Shown in pieces: positions 11,517-23,365 of a stretch of 64,000 bases of DNA. This stretch comes from Carcharhinus amblyrhynchos (Eukaryota): the NCBI GenBank assembly GCA_965287045.1, contig OZ336872.1, positions 27,404,001-27,468,000 on the forward strand, given 5' to 3'. The notes under the pieces are model-generated. The model did no database searches and was not told the DNA's origin. It saw only the letters and a program-made list of their open reading frames with translations. Position numbers and translations under genes: made by a program. Each line of letters opens with the position of its first letter. The stretch's first letter is position 1.

Positions 11517-13094
11517 GTAAACAGCCTCTTCTCATTTTTTAATGTTAGAATTATTGTCTGATTGTTTTCGAACTTAATAGTCACTTAACAACTGATTGGA
11601 TTTTAAGTAACTGACCCTCTTCAATAAGCTATGATATTTATCATTCCATTTTAACTGATGCGTATTTAATTGAACATGTTTGGCAGTCCTTTCGATTGCT
11701 GTCCGCTTGCAGAAGCTAAGATTTATGTCACCCCATCATGACTGATACTGATTTAATTGACCATTCTTGGCTCAGTTAGCAGAGTCTAGGGCTAACTTTC
11801 ATTGTTCTGACCGGCAACCGTTTAACTTTTCACTTGACTTTTTGAAAATATTTTAGTTTGGAAAAACTAGCCACATACATAGTTGGTGTGTGATTTTTTT
11901 GCAGCCCATACAGTGCGCTGACTTCATCCCGCTGTCATTTCGCCCCAGCGCTGGGATGTATTACACCATTACAGATAAGAGAAATGAGTATCTTATCTAA
12001 CTGTTCAGGTGCATAGCTGGATAATATTCTGGTGCACTGCTACAGGACTCTGAAAAAGAATTGTTGCACAGTCCATTAAATTGCTATTGAAATGAAGAAT
12101 AGGAGTTAAAACCTATGCCAAATGAGTAACTTTTTCGCAAAATAATTATGTGCTGTAGTAATTGTAAACAGAATGAATTGCATGTTTTTAGTCGGCCTAT
12201 TGTTTAAGATACATCGAAATGTTGGGCAATTAAAATGTTAACATTAGAATATGATTTTATAAGATAAAGTAACTGAATTAAATAAGTGCAAACAGGCCAA
12301 TTCACAATATCATAAATGCATAATGATGCATTGTGGGGATTTTTCACAAAGCGTGAAAGACCCATATGTCACACAGATCAAAGCAATAGTAGTATAAGAT
12401 CATTATTCACACGAATGAGAGAATATCACAATAAAGTATGCTCTTTTCACAAGTAATTATACTATGGGGTGATATGGTGATTTTGTTTATTACATGGTGT
12501 ATTTTTAAACATGGTCTGAAGTACACGTGATGAGTGATTTAGTTAATTGGTGACTAGCAATAGTTAGGCTATTTTACTTTTACAGTCACCAGAGTAATGA
12601 AAATATTAATAGAATCCATGTGATAAATTTAAACAAATAAAACATATAGTCAGTTCTTCTCCATGATTTTACCTTATCCTTATCATTAGTCTGCAAATAG
12701 TTTTGGCTGTTCTCCTGCGTTATACCCAAACACGGAAAATGTCCAATACCAGAAAGATATGTTTCTCGTTTCTTACTGTGATGGCCCAGCTCTGTGCTAT
12801 TTTATAAGATTGTGTAATGACGTGCTGACAATAATTGTGAATTTAAGAGTATTAAAGTATGAAGAAGCATTTTTTAATCTCTTGGAACACATGCGGTGCA
12901 ACCTACATCATAAAAAGAGAAAAGTTAAAGAATTTGGAGCATCTTATATTTTGGTACTTGACAATGCCACCTAAGTGGTTCTGTATTGCCAAGGAATGCT
13001 TTTATGGAAATACAAAAATAATGAAATATATAAAGATAGTGATTCAGATGGAAAAATGTACTAGGCCAAATAGATGTTGGTCTAAATCTAGAAT

Positions 13095-13265
13095 AATATT
13101 TTTTAAATGCAACATTGTAAGCGTTGCAAATATAATGGAATAAAATGGTGGAAATTGTGACAGGCCCTTGCTGCTTGCAGGGTTACACCAGAAATGTAAA
13201 CCTATCTTTTCCGCTGATGGATGTGACAGACCTCCTGTACGTTTCCAGCATGTTGCGTATTATTA
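13095..13265. mobile_element. Degenerate Penelope-like palindromic short repeat
   Basis: aaaatggtggaaatt...gatgtgacagacctcctgtacgtttccagcat resembles the 22069-22252 family. Confidence 0.4.
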
Positions 13266-15039
13266 TAGGCATCACCTTAACTACAGTCTCAGATTCAATC
13301 GCTCAAACAAATTTTATCTTGATTTATAAACTGTCGACTTATGCATTGGTGTGATGATTCTGGGTAATATACCAGAGAACTGATTTATGGAAAACTGCTT
13401 CTATATTAGATATTCTCCTCTCTCTCTGTCTCTCTCTTTATATATATTTTTTCTGTGAAACAAACATAGCTAATTTACAAGGTTTTTACAGTTGTCATGT
13501 AGATTTCACAGTGTGAAAGAGATTGTCAGCCTCCCACAGAAGGCCATGCTTACATTGCAAAAGACTTGGTAAAACCATCCCTGCTTACTAATGCATCTTT
13601 GACAACATATATACATAAATAAATTTGCATATAAAGCACCATCTTAAACTACTAATTTCAAAACTAGGTGCAGAGTTTTCAAATAATGCCCGAAAATACT
13701 TAAAAATGGAACTATCATACTGTTGCCATTTTACAAGTTAGTTCTTCCTTTTATTGAGAAAAAATGCATTCGAAGAACAATTATTGAGTTTTCAAGTGAT
13801 ACACAGGATGAGTGTGATAATCTTGCAATCAGATACATTGGTTATTCAGAAACAGTTGTTTTTCTTTCACTTTTTAAATTTCTTGATCAATCTTTTGCTA
13901 AGGAATTTATTGTCAGTTTTTGAATGGTTTAATAACACTGTTGACTATCAGCAAGATTATGTGAGTTGTAATAATAACATTAGCAGAAACTGGGATAAAT
14001 GAGAAAAATATCACTGTGTTTATAGTATAACAGATAATAAAATGATCATACTTGAGTTGGAAAATGCATTAGATTATATTAGTTGAACATTTGAATCATC
14101 AGTGGAACTTTGCAAAGTATAATATCAGTAAATGATATTGCAGGGTAATATATCTAAAATGTTGAATAACTCAATATCTCACTTTCTCTTAGTCATAATC
14201 AAAGACATATGTTTGATAATATCTTAATACTTGTATATGTTCTGCATTGATGGAAATTGGTGAGTTGTTGAAAAAACAGTTGCGTCAAATATATTGGCAT
14301 GGATTTTGCTCTCAGCAGCAAATGAATGGCCTTTGCCAGTTGTGTCATGAACCTTTGCAGGCTTGTCAGTGGAGAATTCCATGAATCCAGCATCTTTTCC
14401 AAAGTGGTTTCCTCTACAGTGCATCTGTGGCACTGTGAACAGGGCAACAATAATGAGGCTCTTCAACCAATCAGGTTGAATAATTTTTACTGAGACACAC
14501 AGCTTCAAAACGAAGAAATATAAAACATAAAATATAAATTAGATTTTCATGATGTAGAAAGAGTGAAATGGAGATTAGAAGAAAATTAAATGTGAAGTAC
14601 AGCTAAAGAGATAAGCAGAAAAAAAGCAAAAAATATTATATAGTATTTAAATTTGCAACATCAATTTTCTGTTGAGGGAATGAGAGTCTACACTAATAAA
14701 AATAATTTTTCAGGGCCAGAGAGGTTGTTCAGCAATATATATCACTTGAATTAATCAGTTAAAAACTCACTACTAAATGTGTCACCTTTAACTTTCTCAG
14801 CCACCATCTGTGTGGAACTAATGAACAAAGTCTCCAAAGTTCACTCCATTGCAGTGACTCTATTAGCAAAGATTACAACAGCATGTCATTTGGAGGAGTG
14901 AGTCAATTCTAAACTTCTGGATTTTCATGTATATCTAATTTGTGCAGATGCTGGAATTTGCTTTCAGGTTTATCTTGCAAAGATGGTAAGTTTTGATACC
15001 CTCACCTTTAATATCACAGTAAAATCCATCCACTGACTC

Positions 15040-15392
15040 TGTCTATACTTCCTGCTGCCTCAGCAAAGCAGCCAGCATAATTAAGGACCCCACGCCCCCC
15101 AGACATTCTCTCTTCCACTTTCTTCCTTCGGGAACAAGATATAAAAGTCTGAGGTCACGTACCAACTGACTCAAAAACAGCTTCTTCCCTGCTGCTGTCA
15201 GACTTTTGCATGGACCTACCTTACATTAAGATCTTTCTCTACACCCTAGCTATGACTGTAACACTACATTCTGCACTGACTCATTTCCTTCTCTATGAAT
15301 GGTATGTTTTGTCTGTATAGCACACAAGAAACAATACTTTTCACTGTATGTTAATACACGTGACAATAATAAATCATATCAAAATTCAAAAT
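15040..15392 (+). mobile_element. Rex1/Babar LINE 3' end
   Basis: Translates YTSCCLSKAASIIKDPTP..HSLFHFLPSGTRYKSLRSRTN*LKNSFFPAAVRLL, followed by 3' UTR and aataataaatc tail. Confidence 0.8.
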
Positions 15393-15938
15393 CTGGGCCT
15401 GTTCATGTATGTCAAAGTCAGTAACACAGTTTTGAGTTTCAGATAATGTGGAAGAAGAGCTCAACTTGACCCCAGGTGGGACTTGTATATAACTTGATTG
15501 CTTTGATTGTACCACTAATTTTTTACCTGCTGATTATTTTTTGTGTGATTAAAAGATGAATAGATTTGAACAGGGTCCTTTCAAACATGCTTATTTTTGA
15601 TAATTTACTATGATCATCTGTCATCTGGCTTGTTCTATTATCATAACCTGAAAGGAAGTAAACTTAAAAATAAATAAATTTGGCAGCAACGTATGCACTT
15701 TGTAAATGTATGCGCTATAAAAAAATGTAAATATATGTTCTATAAAAAATGTGTTGTGTACAAGGGATGATTCTTCCCTATATTAATTATAAAATTATTG
15801 CTTCATGTGAATATACATAGCTAAAAATAAAAATAATGGTTAGCCTCTGATGAATTGATAATTCTCAAATTCCAATATTTCCTCAAGGGGTTTGGTAATG
15901 TTAGTCTTTCCCATTGTCTTGGGAACATATAATATAAT

Positions 15939-16745
15939 GGGCTAGATCTTACCAAAAAATGGCAGTTGTGTTTCTGGTGAGTTTTCACTCCAGATCTTAC
16001 AACAGCTTACCAAAAAAAATCAAGGGGACATGTGACATGTCATCATATGTGGGAGGGAGGATGGGGGTGGTATCATGGCGCAGGGCCTCAGCAAGCTGGT
16101 AAAACTTGGCTGTACAGAGGTCAGGGCACCATCTTTAAAGGGCACCCTGAACATAACTTGAGTAAATCTTTCCCCAAGTCCACCATGGAGGTCTCAGGTG
16201 CTCCCTTCCGCCCCCCTGATTAGAGTCAGCCTTTCTCTACTTGCTCCTCTATCTTTGGCCCTTTCCACTCCCCTCCCCAAACCCCCATCACACAGCCTGA
16301 GCCAGCACTCACATCGTCCCACCTGCATATCTCCCCCCCCGCCCCCGCCAAGTCATTGCCAAAATCCCCAGGTCCTTCATCTGCTCCCAGTCGCCGCCAC
16401 ATCTATATGAATACCCTCTCTGAGACTCCCACTGGGGCATGCCCCTTGGGACAGATTGGCATTGCCTTGGTAGTGTCAGCCTGTGCCAAGGGGATTGCCA
16501 GAAATCCATAGAAGTTGAATTGGCTGGCATCTGTCACGTCACCACAGTGTCAATATACAGTGGGGGTGTCAATATCTGGCAAGGGGCAAGTTAATTTTAT
16601 TAAAATCCATTCAAATGCATGTAAAGCAGGTTCATGCCCATTAAATTGCAAACCCGTCGGCAAGAACTATAACTTCTGAAACTTGAGCCTGTGCCAACAT
16701 TCGCATAGGTGACGAGCATGGGCTCAAGCTCACCACCATTAAGAA
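15939..16745 (+). mobile_element. Non-autonomous TIR element (PIF/Harbinger-like MITE), one end truncated
   Basis: Starts GGGCTAGATCTTACCAAAA. An inverted homologue at ~46595-47365 ends ttggtaagatttaatcc and shares ggcaccatctttaaag. Confidence 0.55.
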
Positions 16746-16784
16746 AGAATATTGCTGGATGGAGTTTTCAGGCCCTTACTGTTG

Positions 16785-16970
16785 GTGGAATCTTCTGGTC
16801 CCACTGAAGGGAGATCCCCCACTCCCCATGATGGGTCCCTGGCAGCAGGACAGTTGGGCCATATGAAACACTGTAGATTTTGGTGGAACAGGAAGAACAG
16901 CTAATGGCCAATGGTGAGCTGCCTGCACTGCTGGAAAATACATTGCGGGGAGGTGAATAAAATCTGGCCC
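16785..16970. mobile_element. Short MITE
   Basis: ggtggaatctt...aaaatctggccc termini. Related copies at ~23487-23690, 27057-27262 and 52138-52325. Confidence 0.5.
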
Positions 16971-17286
16971 GATGGTTCCTTAAAAAAAATAAATTAGTAC
17001 TTGAAAATTTCCAAGTAAAATGGTGACCAATTCTTTATTCACTGTATTTGAAATTGGTATTTTTCCTGAGAAAATCAATAGTCCTTTCAACAGAATCATA
17101 ACGACTCAAAAGGAAGTAATGTCTGGAAACTACTTCTTGTTTGAAGTTCTTCTCAGTATCTGCCTGGGATTTACAAATTATTTTGTTATATTGACTCTGA
17201 AGGCTGTAAATTCTGCCAAGGAAGAGGCACTATTTTTTTCATGCCTTTTCCCTCCTTGATTTGTAGCCTTTTTTTGGAGGGATATT

Positions 17287-18605
17287 GGGCCCAATTTTAC
17301 CAACACTTTGCGCCTGTTTTCTGGCACGAAATCGTGGTAAATTCGGGTGTGAGACCTTTATCGCAATCTGCACCCGTGTCCGTGTAGATCACCACTTTAT
17401 CAAGACCCGCGAATGGATCCATTCTGTGTCCAAATTGGGCATTTGTATGCATTTAAATTGAATTAATGAACTGCCCGTCCAATTCTATCAGCCTTTCCCC
17501 CTTTACCACCATGTTTGTTGATCCGGAATCGTACTTTTAGGGACATGCTGAATAAAAGTCTGAGTCGGGTGCTCCAGCCTCTGAAGAGAGCGTTCAGTGT
17601 TCTCTGACTCAGATCAGTGTTGGGGGTGGAGGGGGGGGGAGGCGGGTCAGATCATTCTCTGGTTGGAGGAGGGGAATGAGGTCAGATCATTGTCTGGTTG
17701 GGGGGGAGGAGGAAGAGGTGGGTCAGATGTATCTCTGGCAGTGGGGGGGGTGCTGATCATTGTGTGGGGGGAGGCCTGATCATTGTCTGGTCGTGGTGGG
17801 AGAGGCCTGATCGTTGTCTGGTGGTGGGGGGGAGGGCTGGATCATTGTCTGGTGGTGGGGGAGGGTAGGAGGCAGGTCAGATGTTCTTCTGGAGGGGAGG
17901 GAGAGTGAGGCCAGATCATTCTCTTTGGGGGGGGGGGGGGGGGGAGCACAGCAAGTTCGTTGTCGGGGGTGGGGGGGGGGTGGAAGTAAGGCCAGATCAT
18001 TGTTTTGGGGGGGGGAGGAGGATGGAGGCGGGTCAGATGGATCTCTGATGGGGGGCAGGGGGATCCGCTGCAGTTTGCGGGTGATTGGTCTGGGCAGTGG
18101 GGGGGATGGATAAGGGGGCAGTCATGTGCATGTGTCCCCCTTATCTACCCCCCTGCACTACCCACACACATCAATGCCCCCCTTATCCACACCCCCACTA
18201 CCCAGATTGATCGTCATCCCTGCCCCCCTCTCCTTCATCGATTGCCCTCAGAGAGGAAGCGGACCCCCCTGCCCCCCACCAGAGATCCATCTGCACCCCC
18301 CAAGATACATCTTACCCGCCTCCCTCCTCCACCCCCACCTAAGGTATATCCTCGCTCCCAGTTTTCGCTCCTGCTTTCTCCGCTTTCTACGACTCGGGAG
18401 CGATCTGACACGGGAGCGCTTTTTCCAAATTTTTTCTAATTGTAGTTCAGAGCTCTGTTCGTTCCGGCAGCACTAAGCTCCACCCACAGCAGGAATCAGA
18501 CTGGAGATGGCTGAGAGCGTATGGGGGCACCTGAAAGCAGGTTTCTAAGTCGGATCTGTACTACGCCCAGAATCAGCACTTAGAATCAAAATGGTAAAAT
18601 CGTGG
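17287..18605 (+). mobile_element. PIF/Harbinger-like MITE with internal G-rich minisatellite
   Basis: TIRs GGGCCCAATTTTACCA / TGGTAAAATCGTGG. Inverted homologue at 45596-46469. Confidence 0.65.
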
Positions 18606-18711
18606 AATACTTTCCATAGATGAACATTCTGGAACAATTCAGGAAATTCAAAGGGAGACTTTTGATGGTGGTTCACAGGGCACGTGATTTCTGATAGGTA
18701 ACAAATACATT

Positions 18712-19792
18712 TGTTATACCATATATTTACCGCCAAATGGACTGTGGATATATTCCCATTGTTTGGAAATAGTGCTGCTTTAAAGAACTGATAGCTATAT
18801 TTGTGAATATTAGAAATGAGGTATAAGATTAAGCTTAAGATTAATTTTCAGTTAAAACTTGAGCTAGCTTTGTGTTAAACAAAGATGCCTGCATGTCAGT
18901 GGATTTGATTTCACTTTAAACTGTGCCTGCATTGTAATCGAAGATTTATGACATAAAATCAGTTACGGGGTGAAAATACTAAGTGTTGCTTAGCAAACAT
19001 GAGGCATATGCTGAAGAATAGAAGCATTTGGGTTCAGTTTGAAACCAGGTGTCTGAGAACAAGGTAGTTCTGTCAAAAATCACCAGTCAGACAGGACAAT
19101 AGAGTAAGGGACAGAAACTAAGTACCACAAGCTAAAGAGTAATTAGTTCTAGAAACCAGATGGTGAAAGTGGAGTCACAGGAAGACTGAGTCAAAGGATG
19201 AAGAACTGGAATCTGAACCAGTTACTGTTCACTGAAATTAAGACACTCCCAGTCACAGACAGAGCTGTGCGGTGCAGATTTGATGAAGTGGTCAGCAAGA
19301 AGTCAGGCATTTGAAGTAATCCTAAGGTTCTGGACACCTTAATACAGCTTGTGAAGCAGTGGTGTTTTGTTGGCATGGCTGGGTACCAAGTATCTGGGGG
19401 AGGTGACGAGAAATCCATAGAAGTTGAATTGGGTGGCATCTGCCACTTGGTTTCAGAGTGTGGTATGTTTGACCTATTGGTCTACATGAACTGTGTATTT
19501 ACTGAGAATATTAAAGTAGAACATTAGAGTTTAAGACATTTTGTATCTTGTGTAATGTTTATAGATCTGTGTGTATCTGTGAAAGTGTATGGAAGTGAAG
19601 AAGTTGTGTATTATAGTTAATTTTTTCTTGCTGAATTATTGTTTTATTCTTTTGTTAAAAGTCAACCTGTAGTCTTGCGACTCCGTTCATAAATACTTCT
19701 AAATAAAAAAGTAGAAGTAATGATCCACTGAGCCAAATGGTCTGTTCTGGGATCTGACTGTCCAATAGTAACGTCAGCTGGAAATTATAACA
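18712..19792 (+). repeat. 5' LTR
   Basis: TGTTA start, TAACA end, AATAAA at ~19702. Roughly 80% identical by eye to ~23715-25044. Confidence 0.85.
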
Positions 19793-20037
19793 GAAGCAGG
19801 AACTCTTGTGGGATTTTTTGAAATTTGAGAGCAGAGTTTTGGATGCTGATTAATAATAATTCATCAGGATCTTTCGATATATGGACAATAAGTTACTGGA
19901 CACTAGATAGCAAAACTGGGTGTGGGATTAATTGTCATTTAGTGGGATCTGTGAATCCTTAAAGAAAAGGTCTGTGGCGGTACTGGACATGGGAACTAGA
20001 GTTGCTGTGAGGTAAATTATATGGGTTGGAATCCAAA

Positions 20038-21670
20038 ATGGCATTGGAAGTTGCTAAGGCTTTTCTAAAGATGGAAGATGTAATCCTGCCTTGTTTATGG
20101 AAAGTAATAAAGAGCCAGTGGGGTGAGAAGATCAGTTGCAGTTAGGATTACCTGTAAGGGTGAGCAAAGCAGACGTAGTTAAAATAAAAGTGCAGCATTT
20201 GAAATTGCAAGGTATGCCTGAGTGACAAACTTCTACAAGAGATGATGCACTTGATTTGGCTAGGATTCAATTAGCAATGAAAAGAAAACCTGAACTGGAG
20301 GCAAAAGAAAAGGAAAAAGAGCACGTCAAATGGAACAAACAAAAAGACAAGAGAAAGAAAAACAAAGGGAATTTGACATGTGAAAACTTAACTTGCAGAG
20401 CTGGCTAAGGAGGAATGAGAGAAGGAGAAAGACCCGGAGGTGAGGTAAAACTTATTTCCGGATAAGAGGCCAATGAGAAGCTTAAATTTAAAAAATTTAA
20501 ATTTATAAAAGCTCTTCCAAAATTTGAGGAAAATGATATAGATGATTCTTCATTATATTTGAAAAGGTAGCTAAACAAATGGAATGACAAAAAGAAATGT
20601 AGAAATTACTATTACAAAGTAGGTTTGTAGAGCTCATGAAGTGTCTGCATCAATACCAGAAGAGGCATTTGTAAAATATGATGCAATTAAAAAAAGCTAT
20701 CTTTAATTCGTATGAATTGGTTCCCGAGGTATTCAGATAGAAATTTTGGAATATACGGAAATGGCCCAAAAAGATCAACATTGAATGCAAAAGAATAAAG
20801 CAAAATAATTTTGATCATTGGATGCGGGAATTAAAGGTAGAAATAACATGGGAAGCTCTGAGGAAAGTAATTATCTTGGAAGAATTTAAAGACGCTCTTT
20901 CTTTGGCATCTGGGACCCATGTTGAAGAATAGCAGTGTTAAAATGGCAAGACAGGCAGTAAATGTGGCTGGTGACTATGAACTGGTCCATAGAACCAAAC
21001 CTTTGTCCCATCATCTTTACAAACCTGAGAAGGATAGGAAATGGAATGGTGAAAGGAAGTGAGGTAGCCCGGGAAGAGAAGAAACAGTTGGGAATGGTCA
21101 AGAAATTTCTGCTTAGATCAAAAAAGAAAGCACCGAGGGTGGAAGTGCCATTCAGAGGCCTATATGTTTCTATTGTAAGAAAGTAGGACATATTCGGGCT
21201 GGTTGCTGGAAACTATATGGGAGGCCACTTGCAGTAATTGGAAAGGTGGCGCCTGAAAAGGAAATGGCTGTTAAAATTGTAGCAGTGGTACACGTGAAAC
21301 ATTCTCCCTCAGAATCTCTGAGAAAGGGGGAATATGGTTCATGATGTTTCAGAGAATTCCTCAAATATTGGTGAGTGAGATCAGGCTATTCGAGACTTTG
21401 TTTTGAAGAGAGATGTGTTCCTTTATTCCTCCAACAAAATAAGTAAACAAACCAATTTTCTGAGAAATGTTGGGATAGAATTCTTGTTGATAGCGCCTGA
21501 GAATACACTTTATATTCCAGATAGCTTTATATTAATAAGGAAGATTAATTGAATGTGTCAACTTAATTTAAGAAGTGACTTTGTAAAAGGAATTGTTATT
21601 GTGAGAATTATTTTAAAATTGCCTGTGGGGAAATAAATGTTATCCTGATTAAAAAATGATTTGGCTAGTG
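20038..21670 (+). pseudogene. Decayed gag (SCAN-like capsid + CCHC knuckle) and protease of the LTR element
   Basis: MALEVAKAFL start. ALPKFEEND, EKVAKQME, YELVPE.FR.KF and EALRKVIILEEFKDAL are SCAN-like. CFYCKKVGHIRAGC at 21165-21206. Protease-like LRSDFVKGIVIV..LPV..NDLA at ~21570-21670. Confidence 0.85.
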
Positions 21671-21780
21671 AAGATGGTAGTGTGGCGACAACAATATTGC
21701 AAGACAGTTGATCCTGTTGATCTTAACTGATTTTTCAAAACTAATGTAGACAAAATGAGACACTTGTTGCAGATAACAAA

Positions 21781-22376
21781 CAATTGAAAGAAAATCTGAT
21801 TAACATAGAAAATTAATTTTCATGTGTGAAAGAGGAGTTTGCTAATGAAGAAAAAGAGAATTGATGAGAATAATTCAGAAGCAATCATGGAAAGTGGAAT
21901 ACTTGACTGAGCACTTGAATTGTCTAAATGATGAACTTAGAAAAGCAAAGTTAGCAAGGTTGATCTTCAGTTAAAATTTGATGAAGTTAAAAGTATCTTA
22001 AGTCTCTATGAAGTACTGCAGAAAATATCTTGAACAGGAATAGGAATTGTTAGTAAATCAGCATACTTCATTGAATAAAAGCAAAATATTGCGGATGCTG
22101 GAATCTGAAACAAGAACAGGAAATGCTGGAAAATCTCAGCAGACCTGACAGCAGTTCTGACAAAGGGTCATCTAGACTCAGAACATTGGCTCTATTCTTT
22201 ACCCACAGATGCTGTCAGACCTGCTGAGATTTTCCAGCATCTTATGTTTTTGTACTTGGTTAAATGCAGAATTGAAAAACAAATTTAGTGGACTGTTAGA
22301 ACTTCATTATGAAAAGAATAATGAAGTCCTTGAACTTCAAAGCAGACTGGAGAAAATGAAAGAGAAGATGGAGGTG
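21781..22376 (+). pseudogene. TPR: Intronless, decayed fragment similar to nucleoprotein TPR N-terminal coiled coil, captured in the LTR element
   Basis: Frameshift-corrected translation [101 protein letters not shown] aligns collinearly with recalled human TPR [104 protein letters not shown]. Confidence 0.8.
22069..22252. mobile_element. Palindromic Penelope-like short element inserted into the TPR-like fragment
   Basis: Inverted arms atgctggaaaatctcagcag / ctgctgagattttccagcat. TACTT direct repeats at 22064-22068 and 22253-22257. Removing it restores the NQHT-WLNAE frame. Confidence 0.8.
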
Positions 22377-22581
22377 GGGGGTATGGATTAAAAGCTATCT
22401 CTTTTAAAGTTGCTCCTGTGAATAAAAACAAATGGCTAAATCTTTATCTATTTGAGTAAAGAATTGATGCAAGTAATATTACTGAAGTGGATATCAGCAA
22501 TGGACAATAGGAAAAGAACTCAAGTACCTGCAAAATTAGAAGTTACAAAAAGTCAACGAAAAGGTCTGAAATTATAATATT

Positions 22582-22709
22582 GGCCAGAATTTTCTCATCC
22601 CACCTGCCACTGGAATTTTAATGGTTGGGTTGAGGGCAATGTGAAACCCCCTTAACAATTGGGTGGGAATTTCCGGCTTGTAGACTAGCGTGGCTGGAGA
22701 ATTTTGCCC
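22582..22709. mobile_element. Short MITE
   Basis: ggccagaattttct...agaattttgccc terminal inverted repeats. Confidence 0.55.
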
Positions 22710-23365
22710 TCCAGATCAATGACCTGGGACACTGATTTAAAGGTGTTTGTCAGTAGGAATACACATGATGTAGATGTTTGGATATCGGCAAATGGGCAGT
22801 TTGTAAAATATCATTCAAAACCTGTTGAGGACTGGACTGATGTAGTTCATATATTATGTAAAAGAGTTGAAGAGTTAGAACAAAACCATGAAACTTCAGA
22901 GGGAGAAGGTAATTGATGATGCTGAAAAGAAGTTGAAAAGGTGATGGGATTTGGAGAAACGAAAAAATCATTTATAAGTTCAAAGATCAAACTGAGCTGA
23001 AATACAAAACACTTGAGTGAATATAAGAAGCTTCATAGCAACATCCTTGAAACAGCTAGCAGATTTTGACCAGAAAATAAGTGACTTTGCTAAATCAATA
23101 TTATGGTTTACCACATTTGAGTTCAACAAATGCATCAAAGAATGGAACTATGCCTTTAACAAAAAGGATGATTGGACAGTGAATTTAAGTGAAACATTCT
23201 TTTCCAAGTTAATAGAAAAACTGGGAATAAGAAGAAAAAGACTTCTGTTGCAAAATTGCTGTTAGGTTTATTGCCTTTGTTGTGGTTAAATCTTTGCAAT
23301 GATTCAATATGATGCATAGTTTATGAAATAAGGTAGAGCGATTACTTCAATGAAAGACACAATGG

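Noticed and set aside
17610-18120. CRISPR-like repeat/spacer array
   Set aside because: Vertebrate context, degenerate G-rich units with no unique spacers, and no cas genes
21781-22376. Functional nested TPR gene
   Set aside because: It has in-frame stops, frameshifts and a TE insertion, and is only a fragment, so it is reported as a captured pseudogene
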